DNA of 63,828 nucleotides, filler included, from Octopus bimaculoides (taxonomy: Eukaryota), in the NCBI RefSeq assembly GCF_001194135.2. It is 5 parts of 5 records of this genome, joined end to end, with 100 filler letters (N's around TTAATTAATTAA, not from the genome) between each part and the next. Parts side by side here need not be neighbours in the genome. Positions count along the whole stretch, not along the records: positions 1 to 28,664 come from NC_069002.1; 4 more parts are not named here. One strand, 5' to 3'. Shown piece after piece: positions 12,030-24,018 of this stretch. Made by a program: the position numbers and the translations under genes. The notes beneath the pieces were generated by a model, which saw nothing but the letters and a program-made list of their open reading frames with translations, made no database searches and was not told the origin of the DNA. Position 1 is the stretch's first letter. Every line of letters starts with the position of its first letter.

Positions 12030-12245
12030 TTCATTTAATCCCACTTCCAGTACACTGCTGTTACTTACCCCCAGACAATTTGTACCTGTTTTTCTTATCT
12101 GCTAAGTGTTTAGCTGAAGTACCCCTCCACCTTATCTTGTGTACACAACCCACTTCTTACCTCTTCTGTTGTAACAGTTCTATAAATACCCCCTCCCTTC
12201 TCCTGGTCTATACTTCATTGTGCCAACATTGATTACATCAGCTCG
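12030..12245 (-). mobile_element. RTE apurinic endonuclease N-terminal fragment, decayed
   Basis: NVGTM...EVGCVHKIRWRGTSAKHLADKKNRYKL resembles RTE LNVGTM..DVCCVQEIRWRG. Confidence 0.65.
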
Positions 12246-12525
12246 GAAGTTTGGTATCTGATTCAGGGAAAGGATTTGGTTGTGGAATTTTGTTTGTTTG
12301 GTATCTGAATGGAAGATACACATCTATGCTTATTTGGATGTGCATGCGTATGTGTGTGTGTGTGTACTTATATGTATGTTTATACATATTTATGTGTCTA
12401 CGTGTGTATATACTTATATAAGTATGCATGCATATTTATATGTGCAAGTGTGTGTATACATTTATATGTAATGTGTATACATATTTATGTATGTATGTGT
12501 GCATGTACATATGTATGTATGTGTA

Positions 12526-12584
<59 letters not shown>

Positions 12585-13670
12585 CTCTGTATGTATGTAT
12601 ATGGATATTTATATGTGTTTCTTGTTTGCGACTATTACAATGCATACACCAACACACATGCATTTTAGAACAAATGGTGCACACATACACATGTTTGAAT
12701 ATGTGTGTGTGTGTGTGTGTAATGCCCCTCCCACATACATTTATGTTTGTGCTCCTCTTTTCTAATGAAGTCAGCTAAAATTTCATTTTAACCCTTTCTA
12801 TTTATGCATGAGCCAAAATATTACATATTAAATATGCATGCACACACACACACACACACAGAAACGCACACACACTTATACACACAATGCATTGACATGC
12901 ATGCGCACTTGCATTTCTCTCATTTGTTCACTGCATCTTTGCCTTCTTCAATAACTCTTGCTGCACTCTTTTACTACTGTGTTGTCGCATGTATCCATGA
13001 GCATGCGTCGTGCACCTCATATTTATTAAGCTGCATTTAGGGTCACATGTACCTTAAACCTCATATGTACTGTTAGTTACATTGTGGCCTTTAACACAAA
13101 TGTGCAGAATATATTTCTTATATTCATGCAGTTTCTAAAAGAAAGCCAAGTCTAATTGTAATTCTATGCTTGCTGCTTAGGAATGCACATATGTGCACAT
13201 GCACACAGATAGACTACAGGAGAAGAGGGGAAAGTTAAAGATGGAGAGAAAGAGTAAGAGAGATGGATGGACTATGTTAGAGACAAATGTTTCATGCACT
13301 CACACACACAGATACATACACTCACAGAAATTGTCGCTACAAAATCACAAATGCAGGCGTAAAAAAAAAAAATGCACACGTCCTCTGCAATGCACTTTTT
13401 CACTCTCTCACTTTCTGTATTATTAATTCTAATTTATGCAACGATTCCTTCCTTGCTTCTCTGCTCCCACCCTCTCTGTATTTTCAGCCCTGCTCTATGT
13501 ACCCAGATATATACATATGGGTATATATANNNNNNNNNNNNNNNNNNNNNNNNNNNNNNNNNNNNNNNNNNNNNNNNNNNNNNNNNNNNNNNNNNNNNNN
13601 NNNNNNNNNNNNNNNNNNNNNNNNNNNNNNNNNNNNNNNNNNNNNNNNNNNNNNNNNNNNNNNNNNNNNN

Positions 13671-13706
<36 letters not shown>

Positions 13707-14119
13707 CACTTACACATATATATGTACATATATATATATATATATATATATAGGTACACACAACACACACACACACACACACACATACACACACAAGCAC
13801 ACACATCTTCACCAGTAATTATGAAGATGCTGTAGACTACCATGTACTAGAATTGGTGGATGTCTTGCAGAGTTGAAGTATTTCCTGTTGAAGGCATGCT
13901 GTGAAGAACTGAGGCTTATCTATGAAAAGAACAAGAGTTTGTTTTTTGTTGCTTAATTTTTTGTTGGTTGAAAGATACCTAATAAATAAATAAATAAGTA
14001 AATACATTTATTCTGGGAAGCTTTTAAGTTTTGGAATTGTTTCAGAAATGGAAATTCTTTAACCAAGTTCTGGAGAAAAAGACAAGCAGTGACAAGGCAA
14101 CAATGACATAGACACAACA

Positions 14120-14132
14120 GTAACTACTACTA

Positions 14133-14220
<88 letters not shown>

Positions 14221-14222
14221 TG

Positions 14223-14267
<45 letters not shown>

Positions 14268-14280
14268 TCACCACCACTAC
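14120..14280. repeat. Compound (CTA)n/(CTG)n microsatellite
   Basis: Direct inspection. Confidence 0.95.
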
Positions 14281-14889
14281 AACCATCTCAGGTGCACTAG
14301 CATGGAAAAAAGTGATCAAACTTCAAAAAACATGTGTGTGTGTGTGTACATAGACCATAGATTTGTATGTGTGTCTCTATGTGTATATACATGAATATAT
14401 GTACATGTACACATGGAAATACACATGTACATGTATATACTTTATCTAGTTTTTGGTGATCTGTACTTTAATTAGTTTTTGGTGATCCTTGGACTCTATT
14501 ATATCTGTGTGTACGTGTATTTATATATATATATATATAGGCACAAGCATAGCTGCATGGTAAGAAACTTGCTTCCCAATCAATGGCTCCAGGATCAGTC
14601 CCACTGTGTGGCAAAAATGTATTGTGCAAAAATGTATTGTGACCAATGATATGTTACACCATCTGATAGATCTGGTCGATCACGTGATCACATGGTCACA
14701 TGATATATAATGTGTGTGTGGTGGGATGTAGTGAAGGCATTTGGACTAGTGGTTAGGATGTTGGGCTGACAATCACAAGGTCATTGGTTCAATTCCTGAA
14801 TTGGGTGGCACACTGTGTTGTTGAGCAGTTCCTTTTGCTCCACTCTGTTCAGTAGTAAACGAACACTAGCTCACTCCCCCCCTCCATCA

Positions 14890-15545
14890 GCCATCACATT
14901 GTCAAGAGTAGGCACCTGTTGTTTCTACTAGGCACCCTCTTTACAATTTCTACTTCTTCCTTTTCTCCATACAAAGCATGATCAGTTTCCTGACAATACT
15001 CAAGTCCTGTCTTCTTTCCTACTTACATTTTTAGTCTTGGCTAAGTTTATTTTAAGGTCTTTCGATTCCAGGTTTTGCTTTCATTTCTGGAATATCATCT
15101 CTAAATCTTCCACAGATTCTGCTATGGTCATCAACAGACAAGAGTTCCCATTCATTGCCAGTTTTAACCCTTAAGTATTTAGATTATTCTTTCAAATATA
15201 AAATGCTTATTTATTATCTTTGTTTTGAATTAATCATGCATTATTTCATAGCTTTGAGATTTAAATAATGTGATTATTTATTTTTTGAGTGACATTGTAG
15301 GGGTGGTGCGAGAAGCTGGATCTGGACAATTTCATCATAAAATAGGTAGAATATTTGGGCCGTGTATGGCTGGTTTGAATGTTAAAGGGCTACACCCCTC
15401 TCTAGTGACTATGAAGATTATGATAAACAGGAGAGGCTGAGGACTGAGGCCTGATAGAATCCTACTTGCATGGGTCATTGCTTCTGTGCAATCACTGTAG
15501 TTGTGTTACTCTTAGCTTTGACAAAGGAATAATCTCAACTTGAAG
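14890..15545 (-). mobile_element. Decayed RTE reverse transcriptase fragment interrupted by a MITE
   Basis: QVGFYQASVLS/LLFII then KTGNEWELLSVDD..AESVEDLE..KQNLESKDLKINLAKTK. Confidence 0.75.
15165..15392. mobile_element. MITE with TA ends
   Basis: Terminal inverted repeats taacccttaagtatt / gaatgttaaagggcta. Confidence 0.6.
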
Positions 15546-15554
15546 TGGTACTGC

Positions 15555-15591
<37 letters not shown>

Positions 15592-15604
15592 TTATAATAA
15601 TAAT

Positions 15605-15965
15605 ATTCCTTTCTACTACAGACACAAGGCCAGAAATTTTGGGGAAGGGGACTAGTTGATTTCATCAACCCCAGTGTTTCACTGGTACTTAATTTATCGA
15701 CCCTAAAAGGATGAAAGGCAAAGTCGACCTCGGTGGAATTTGAACTCAAATTGTAATGACAGATGAAATGCTGCTAAGCATTTCACCCAGCAGGCTAACG
15801 GATCTGCTGGCTCACCACCTTCATTAACAACAACAATAATAATAATAATAATGATATTTATTTTGGCACAAGGCCAGCAATTTTGGGGATAAGTTGATTG
15901 TACTGACCCCAGTATGTAACCGGTACTTATTTTATTGACCTTGAGAGGATGAAAGTCAAAGTCCA
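15605..15965 (-). mobile_element. Two tandem SINE family A copies within (AAT)n
   Basis: Reverse complement of family A, flanked and separated by (AAT)n. Confidence 0.85.
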
Positions 15966-15984
15966 CCTTGGCAGGCACTTGGTG

Positions 15985-17165
15985 AGGTAGATCATCATCA
16001 TCATCGTTTAACGTCCGCTTTCCATGCTAGCATGGGTTGGACGATTTGACTGAGGACTGGTGAAACCGGATGGCAACACCAGGCTCCAGTCTAATTTGGC
16101 AGAGTTTCTACAGCTGGATGCCCTTCCTAACGCCAACCACTCAGAGAGTGTAGTGGGTGCTTTTACGTGTCACCCGCACGAAAACGGCCACGCTCGAAAT
16201 GGTGTCTTTTATGTGCCACCCGCACAAGNNNNNNNNNNNNNNNNNNNNNNNNNNNNNNNNNNNNNNNNNNNNNNNNNNNNNNNNNNNNNNNNNNNNNNNN
16301 NNNNNNNNNNNNNNNNNNNNNNNNNNNNNNNNNNNNNNNNNNNNNNNNNNNNNNNNNNNNNNNNNNNNNNNNNNNNNNNNNNNNNNNNNNNNNNNNNNNN
16401 NNNNNNNNNNNNNNNNNNNNNNNNNNNNNNNNNNNNNNNNNNNNNNNNNNNNNNNNNNNNNNNNNNNNNNNNNNNNNNNNNNNNNNNNNNNNNNNNNNNN
16501 NNNNNNNNNNNNNNNNNNNNNNNNNNNNNNNNNNNNNNNNNNNNNNNNNNNNNNNNNNNNNNNNNNNNNNNNNNNNNNNNNNNNNNNNNNNNNNNNNNNN
16601 NNNNNNNNNNNNNNNNNNNNNNNNNNNNNNNNNNNNNNNNNNNNNNNNNNNNNNNNNNNNNNNNNNNNNNNNNNNNNNNNNNNNNNNNNNNNNNNNNNNN
16701 NNNNNNNNNNNNNNNNNNNNNNNNNNNNNNNNNNNNNNNNNNNNNNNNNNNNNNNNNNNNNNNNNNNNNNNNNNNNNNNNNNNNNNNNNNNNNNNNNNNN
16801 NNNNNNNNNNNNNNNNNNNNNNNNNNNNNNNNNNNNNNNNNNNNNNNNNNNNNNNNNNNNNNNNNNNNNNNNNNNNNNNNNNNNNNNNNNNNNNNNNNNN
16901 NNNNNNNNNNNNNNNNNNNNNNNNNNNNNNNNNNNNCCCCACTACTAACTTGGTCGCCCAGATAGCGGAAGCTATCGACTACCTCTAGTTTTTCACCCTG
17001 GAATGAGATAGAAGTTGTTTCCTGTTTGTTTACAGTCTTTATTGCACCTGAACATCTGCCACAAACAAAAACTAACTTGCTAGTTAACCTGCCTTTGATG
17101 TTGCTGCACCTCTTATGTGTCCATAGCTTGCACCGGGTACATCTTATAGAGTTACTACCTACTCC
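15985..17165 (-). mobile_element. 5'-truncated RTE LINE spanning a gap
   Basis: 16937-17165 encodes GVGSNSIRCTRCKLWTHKRCSNIKGRL...FRYLGDQ; the tail is at 15985-16228. Confidence 0.88.
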
Positions 17166-18206
17166 TTTTCTACATACTGAGCAGGGCCAATAATAATAAT
17201 AATAATATTAGGGACAAAATCCAAAATTACAGGTAAAAAACTCAACTAAAATCAATTTATAAAAAAATTAAAATTAAATTGATATATTTTATATATATAT
17301 ATCTGTTATCTATATGTCTATCTTTCTCTATATCTATCTATTTATATTCTATCATACCTTGATACCGTGTGAACTGAGATCCCTATTAACAAACCCCTCA
17401 TATGAAATAAAGTGTTATATATTTATGATATGCAGATTAGTAGCCCCAGTTCTCTGTACACATTGGATTTGTTGGGTATATAAATAGATTAGCTGCTTAT
17501 TTCTGTGAGATTGATCAGAATGGTGTTGACAGAATGATGTTGATTGTTAAATTTGCCCTGTTCATATATCTACTGCGTACATGTCCATCTCCAATGTTCC
17601 TGCCTTTAGGCTTCCAATCCATGCATGCCAGCTCAATTTGAATCGTTCTCAGTTGAAAGACGCCTGTTGTTGTTTCTTTTTGTTTGTATTCGTAATTCTG
17701 TACCATATTCTCCGTTCTTTTGTTTGTTTGTGATTTTGTATTTGTTGCTCTACACATTCATGAGCTTTTGTACAAAGGGGTCTAATGCTCTTAGCTTCGA
17801 CTTTTTTGGGGACAACCAGATTGAACCATCTCACGTGTAACTGTCCAAAATGGTCGTGACTTCTGGTACTTGACTGAAGAAAGAAAGCCAAGAATGCCCT
17901 GTCTTTTTTGCCTGTCCTTCTAATTGTTGTTTCTCTTGTTTGCCTTTGTGTCGTCTATCTGTCCAAATGTTTTAATGCCCTCTATTGCGTTTTTGTTCCA
18001 TTTTTATATTCATATATATATTCATATATANNNNNNNNNNNNNNNNNNNNNNNNNNNNNNNNNNNNACACATTCTCACATACACACATTATTCTTTAACA
18101 AGAATAGTATTTGACAGTGATGTTGAATTTTCAGCCAGCTGACCTAATACCTATCAATCTGTCTGACTTTTTGTCTATCTTTTGTCTGTCTGTCTGTCTG
18201 TCTGTC

Positions 18207-18258
<52 letters not shown>

Positions 18259-18760
18259 CAAGTAAACTGACTGACAGACAGACAGACAGACGACTGACAG
18301 ACAGGCAGACAGACAGACAGACTGACAGATAGACCGATAGCTAGATAGAGAGAGAAAAACATCGATGGAACTCTGCTGCTATAGAGCAGGTCCACAGGTG
18401 GCAGATAACGGAATGGTCTTTTGACAGATACAGAAGTCACCTTTGAAATCCTTAGCTAAATGTCTAATAAGCAATTGTGCTGCAACAAGATAGATGAAGG
18501 TTGTCCTCTTCCTCCTGTGTATGGACTAGGTAGATGTCGTCCTCTTCTAATCCAGTTGTCATATCTTTGATGTTGCATTGAGGTAAGTGCATAAGAATGA
18601 GAAAGGTTACTGTGTCTTTTTGTGAATTTGTGATCACCTGAAACCTGAGTGAAGACATTGATGTTTCAGAATGGAAATCTTTTCTGCAGCAATGTCATAC
18701 TTCATTGTAAGTAATGTGCTGTACACACATACATGCAAGCATAAAGTAAAGTAGATGTTG

Positions 18761-18844
<84 letters not shown>

Positions 18845-18883
18845 GTATATGTATTTACTCATGTGTGTACATGTACATACATA

Positions 18884-18923
<40 letters not shown>

Positions 18924-21059
18924 TACATACAAGCATACACACATACATGTTTACATGCATGTGTATGTGTGTAAATATATATATATGTATATATATACTT
19001 GTATATATATTTATATAATATATATATGTATATATATATATGTATATTTATATATGTATATATTTATGTATATATATGTGTGTGTGTATATATATATGTG
19101 TGTGTGTATATATATGTGTGTGTGTTTGTATATATATATACATATATATATATATATACATATATATGTATATATACGTGTATATATATATACACACATA
19201 CATACATGTGTGTATATATATATGTAAATGAGTGGAAAAGAATTAATAAGTATTCAAATAGTTTTCCATTTCTACTTTGACGTTTTATTATTGACTTACG
19301 GAACGAATCTGAATGTTCTTGCATGCCACGAATACAAACTTATCTCTTCTATTCGCTATTCAACTTAATACATTATCTTAAATCTATGCAACAAATGTTT
19401 CTGTCTTGTTTGTCTTTTATTATTTTGTTTGTGTTGTTTTCTCTTCCAATTTACATTACAATTAAATGCTTCATTTCAGTCTTGATGTGTTCTGTAATCA
19501 AGTATGACTGATTGATGTCCAGCAATAACCGATCCTGCAATAGTATGTGTTGATGTGTTAATATGACGTGGGTGCATTCTTTATGGATAAGATGAATAAT
19601 ATGGATCTAAATGAATTTGAATATGATAATAAGGAATGATATGATAAGTGTTGCTGGTACGTGGAGAGATGAGGACGAGTATGATAAATGGCGAATGTGT
19701 GAGGACACGCCAGATGATGATTTAAAACAGGTAGATATATATGGATGCAAGTAAAATGCAATACTTGGCTGATGCGTAATGCAAAAGCTCACCTCCAACG
19801 CAGGTTCGATGAAGTGCCACTCTAATTTTTTAAAAGGCAATTATTATGTAAATTTTTGCACAGAACTTTTGTGTGAATTGGTGTTAAAAACAGAGTTGGT
19901 GCAGAAACAATTGTGACTGGTCATTAAAGATGTGATAAGCTCTACTTTTTCTTTTTGACTTCTTAATTGGATTATATGTTGCTTAAGGCAGTAGTTCTTG
20001 ACAGATGACAACGTCATCTTTGATCCTTAGGGATTGTCTTGATGGCATTGGCAGGCCCTCTCGTGGCTGAAAAGGCTGATTCTGGAGGCACACGTCCGAT
20101 TACACTGAGAGCAGTGAAGAGGGCTCCGACAAAGATGAGCTCATCTAGGATTTTGCTGACATTCTTTGAGCTGTCTCTGCTTGGATTGTATGTATGGATA
20201 TTCAATATAAACCAGAAACAGGAAAGAAACAGAACTATAGAAAGAATAACCAGATTTAGTCATTGTTTGTATTATTTTTGTAAAATTGTTGGTTAAAGGC
20301 TACAGGTTGCTGCTGCTGATGTTGTTTAGGCCCGGTTTAGTCTTAGCTGATCAAACATTTGGCCAAAAACTTTCATGTCATGACCACCACATTTTGTTTT
20401 AAGGACTACAATGTCTAATGTATCCTGTCCTTTACTTTTTAAAGACGTTATCAAGTGATTTGTGAGACTATTGGCTGCCATTTCTGGCAAATCAAGTAAC
20501 TACTTACTGGTTCTTTCTGATGCCTATAAAACTATCATAAACCAAACCTATATATAGACATTCATCATAGCCATCCATATTATACCCACAACCATCATAA
20601 TGCAATCATCATATCTACATACATCATATTAACATTTATCATAGTGATATTTACCACAACCCAAAATATCATATTTAAATTTATCATATCCAAGATATCT
20701 CATATCTACATTTATGAGCATGGCTATATATCATAGCCATGCTCATAAACTGACATCATATCCATACTAATATTCCCACATGCATATATATATATTTCTC
20801 CAAATGCATAGTTAGTACTGTATGCACATTTATCACATGTATATCTACATTTATTCTAACTATATTTACACCCACATTTCATATCTAATTTTACCATGTT
20901 GTAAACATGTTAGGTACATCTGTACATTACATTTTACATGGCTTCCTTGCACACATTTCATAAATATTACATCTGCACATCACACCTTACCTCTTACAGC
21001 ACACATTTCACATATCTTGCACCTGTATAATACACTTTACACATCATTCATCTATCTTT

Positions 21060-21468
21060 AATCTTTTACTCGTTTCGGTCTTGAGACTGCGGCCAAGCTG
21101 GGGCACTGCCATGATGGGTTTAGTCAAACAAACTGACCCCGGTATTTATTTATAAAGCTGGTACTTAGTCTATTGGTCTCTATTTGATGAACCACTAAGT
21201 TAAGGGGACATAATCCAACTGGCACCAGATATCAAGTTGGTGGTGGGGAACAATGCAAATACACACACACACATTGTTTGATGTAAGAATTCTATAACCT
21301 TTCGAGAGAACCGCAGGCATGGCTGTGTGGTAAGAAGCTTGCTTCCCAACCACAAGGTTCTGGGTTCAGTCCCATTCCATTGCACATTGGGCAAGAGTCT
21401 TCTACTATAGCTTCAGGCCAACCAAAGTTTTGTGAGTGAATTTGGTTGATGGAAACTGAAAGAAGCCT

Positions 21469-21470
<2 letters not shown>
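21060..21470. mobile_element. SINE family C fragments (3' half on -, 5' half on +)
   Basis: Homology to 22350-22720 and 44040-44380. Confidence 0.75.
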
Positions 21471-21512
<42 letters not shown>

Positions 21513-21627
21513 GGGACAAAATCCAAAATTACAGGTAAAAAACTCAATTAAAATTAAATTGAGATTTATAGATAAAATATATATAAATATATAGTTTTAG
21601 GGAAAATAACCAATTTTCAAGAACTCA

Positions 21628-21877
21628 TCGATGAAAATCAACTATCACATATAGAAAAATTAATAATTAAAAACACTATTGAGTATAATATAAAGTAAAG
21701 TAAATATCATAAGATAAATATAATATAATATAATATAATATAATATAATAATAATAATAAATATAATAATAATTATAATTATATTTATCTTATGATATTT
21801 ACTTTACTTTATATTATACTCATTTATTGTGCTTTTAATTATTAATTTTTCTATATGTGATAGTGGATTTTCATCGA
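21628..21877. repeat. Foldback inverted repeat, ~97-bp arms
   Basis: 21628-21724 versus 21778-21877 with an AT-microsatellite spacer. Confidence 0.9.
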
Positions 21878-22189
21878 NNNNNNNNNNTGTGTGTGTGTGT
21901 ATCTTTGTGTCTGCGTTCCACCCCTTTATTACCACTTGACAACTGGTGTTGGTGTGTTTATGTCCCCATAACTTAGCAGTTTGGCAAAAGAGACTGCTAG
22001 AATAACTACCAGGCTTTTAAAAGAAAATTAGTATTGGGTTTGATACATTTGGCTAAAAATTCTTCAAGGCAGTGCTCCAGCTTGGCCACAGTCTGATGAC
22101 TTAAACAAGGAAAAGAGAAAAGATGACTCCATTGTTCTCAAAGCACATTTCATAAAGCTATTAATAATAACATGTAAATGTTAGACTGA

Positions 22190-22720
22190 AAATTGTGTTT
22201 GCCTTTCATCCTTTCAGGGTTGATAAATTAAATACCAGTTACATACTGGGGTGAATCTAATTGACTGCCTCCCCCCCACTCCCCAAAAATTTCGGGCCAT
22301 GTGCCTTGAGTAGAAATGTATATGTGTGTGTATTCTGTTACTCTTTTTTATTCTTTTACTTGTTTCAGTTGATTGACTGCAGCCATACTGGAGCACCGCC
22401 TTTATTCAAATGAATTTATCTCAAGACTTATTCTTTGTAAGCCTAGTACTTATTCTATTGGTCTCTTTTGCCGAACCATTAAGTTACGGGGATGTAAATA
22501 CACCAACATAGGTTGTCAAGTGATGGTGGTGGGACAAATACAGACTCAAAGACACACAAACACACACACATATATATGACGGGCTCCTCTCAGTTTCCAA
22601 ATCCACTCACAAGGCTTTGGCCGACACAAGGCTATAGTAGAAGACACTTGCCCAAGATACCATGCAGTGGGACTGAACCTGGAACCATGTGGTTGGGAAG
22701 CAAACTTCTTACCCCCAGCC
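22190..22720. mobile_element. SINE A 3' half (+, 22190-22315) and full SINE C (-, 22350-22720)
   Basis: Family homology within the window. Confidence 0.8.
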
Positions 22721-22842
22721 ATACATACACACACACACCCACACACACACATATATATATATGAAGTCATAAATGACAGAGAAATAGCTTGATGAAATTT
22801 TATTTAACAATAAGAAAATTCAAATATCATGACAAATTTTAT

Positions 22843-23067
22843 AAACGTTATTTACATTATTTACATTTGACGGATATTTGTCCTCATCTTGTTTGTTGCT
22901 AACACAACGTTTCAGCTGATGTACCCTCCAGCCTTCATCAGGTGTCTTGGGGAAATTTCGAACCTGGGTTCTCATTCTGATGTTATTATTATTCAGGTCA
23001 CTGCCTGGAACCGAACTCGGAATCTTGGGGTTAGTAACCCGTGTTCTTAACCACTACACTCCCGTGG
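22843..23067 (-). mobile_element. tRNA-headed SINE-like element with a hammerhead motif in its body
   Basis: A-box-like tgtagtggttaag and B-box-like gagttcggttcc, then GACAC-CTGATGA-A-GGCTG..CAGCT-GAA-ACGT-T-GTGTT. Confidence 0.75.
22901..22946 (-). ncRNA. Minimal type I hammerhead ribozyme motif
   Basis: Stem I GACAC/GTGTT, CUGAUGA core, stem II GGCTG/CAGCT, GAAA, palindromic ACGT stem III, GUU site. Confidence 0.65.
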
Positions 23068-23248
23068 GATGAAGTTAAAATAATAGATAGAGAAAATACA
23101 AAAACTAAAAGAAGCAGGCAGCATATATGTTAGGACACAACAACCTCCTAAGCAGACCGATTGCAAATATGAATAGCATATGGGAACTGGTATTAAGGAA
23201 AGATAGGAGAATATTAGATTTATAAGCCCTAAAATTCACTCCATAATT

Positions 23249-23488
23249 GCCCACAAGCATATGGCGTAGTGGTTAAGAGCACAGGCTACTAACCCCAAGA
23301 TTTCAAGTTTGATTCCAGGCAGTGACCTGAATAATAATAATAATAACATCGAAAAATACCTTAGGAATGAGAAACCAGGTTCAAAATTTCTCCAAGACAG
23401 CCGAAATGTGTTAACAACAAACAAGATGAGGACAAATATCTGTCAAATGTAAATAATGTACATAATTCCTCATCTCTTAAATACAGAA
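23249..23488 (+). mobile_element. Second copy of the same SINE, ribozyme core deleted
   Basis: tggcgtagtggttaagagc head and identical body and tail; reads ccaagaca|gccgaaa|tgtgtt across the deletions. Confidence 0.8.
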
Positions 23489-23553
23489 ATTTTATTTAAT
23501 AGAAAATTACTATTTGGAAATCTCTCAACGAGAGATATTGAGAAACAGTACTC

Positions 23554-23687
23554 TAGAGTAAAGATTATTTGCCAACATATCATGGCAGTCCTGGCTTAGG
23601 ATGAATATTGCTCCTGGGGTTAAATTACAGCAATATTCATCCTAAACCAGGACTGCCATGTTATGTTGGCAAATGATCTTTACTCTA
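23554..23687. repeat. 134-bp hairpin / foldback MITE
   Basis: 59-bp arms with few mismatches, 16-nt loop, TA at both ends. Confidence 0.85.
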
Positions 23688-23710
23688 AATTTTATATATA
23701 TATATATATA

Positions 23711-24018
23711 CTAGCAGTATAACCCGACCTTGTCTGGGTGTGACTCATTATGCCATCTACAATAAGTCTTGCTAGCTGAAAATCAACTAAAAAAGAAAGC
23801 CTTACAACGAAAAAACCCTTATGATGTAAATATGTTCCTAATTCAAAAGACGATGAAATTAATAGGGAAAGTCTGAAGGCTGTTTTGCGTAAAATTATTA
23901 AGCATACATAAATTTCATCCGTGTAATTGGCTATAGAAATGCTTGTGCGAAACAACTTTTTGCGCTGCCCTGATTATACATAGCAGGGTAATCCCTTTTC
24001 ACAAGAGCTAGGATGGCA
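23711..24018 (-). mobile_element. Helitron-like non-autonomous element, 3' end
   Basis: Minus strand ends cccaga-caagg-tcggg hairpin, then CTAG followed by T. Confidence 0.55.

Noticed and set aside
13980-14069. Phase-compatible upstream CA exon candidate (NLVKEF...LFIYLL-G)
   Set aside because: Weak gtatct donor, hydrophobicity comes from (ATTT)n, and there is no Met
17480-17990. Possible decayed LINE ORF1/endonuclease on the minus strand
   Set aside because: Only vague motif similarity; could not assign a family
18460-18570. Kunitz-like GCPLPPVYGLGRC on the + strand
   Set aside because: Remaining cysteines are absent and a stop follows
22995-23067. Functional tRNA gene
   Set aside because: Imperfect anticodon and acceptor stems, and it continues into a repeat body; this is a SINE head (same for the other SINE heads)
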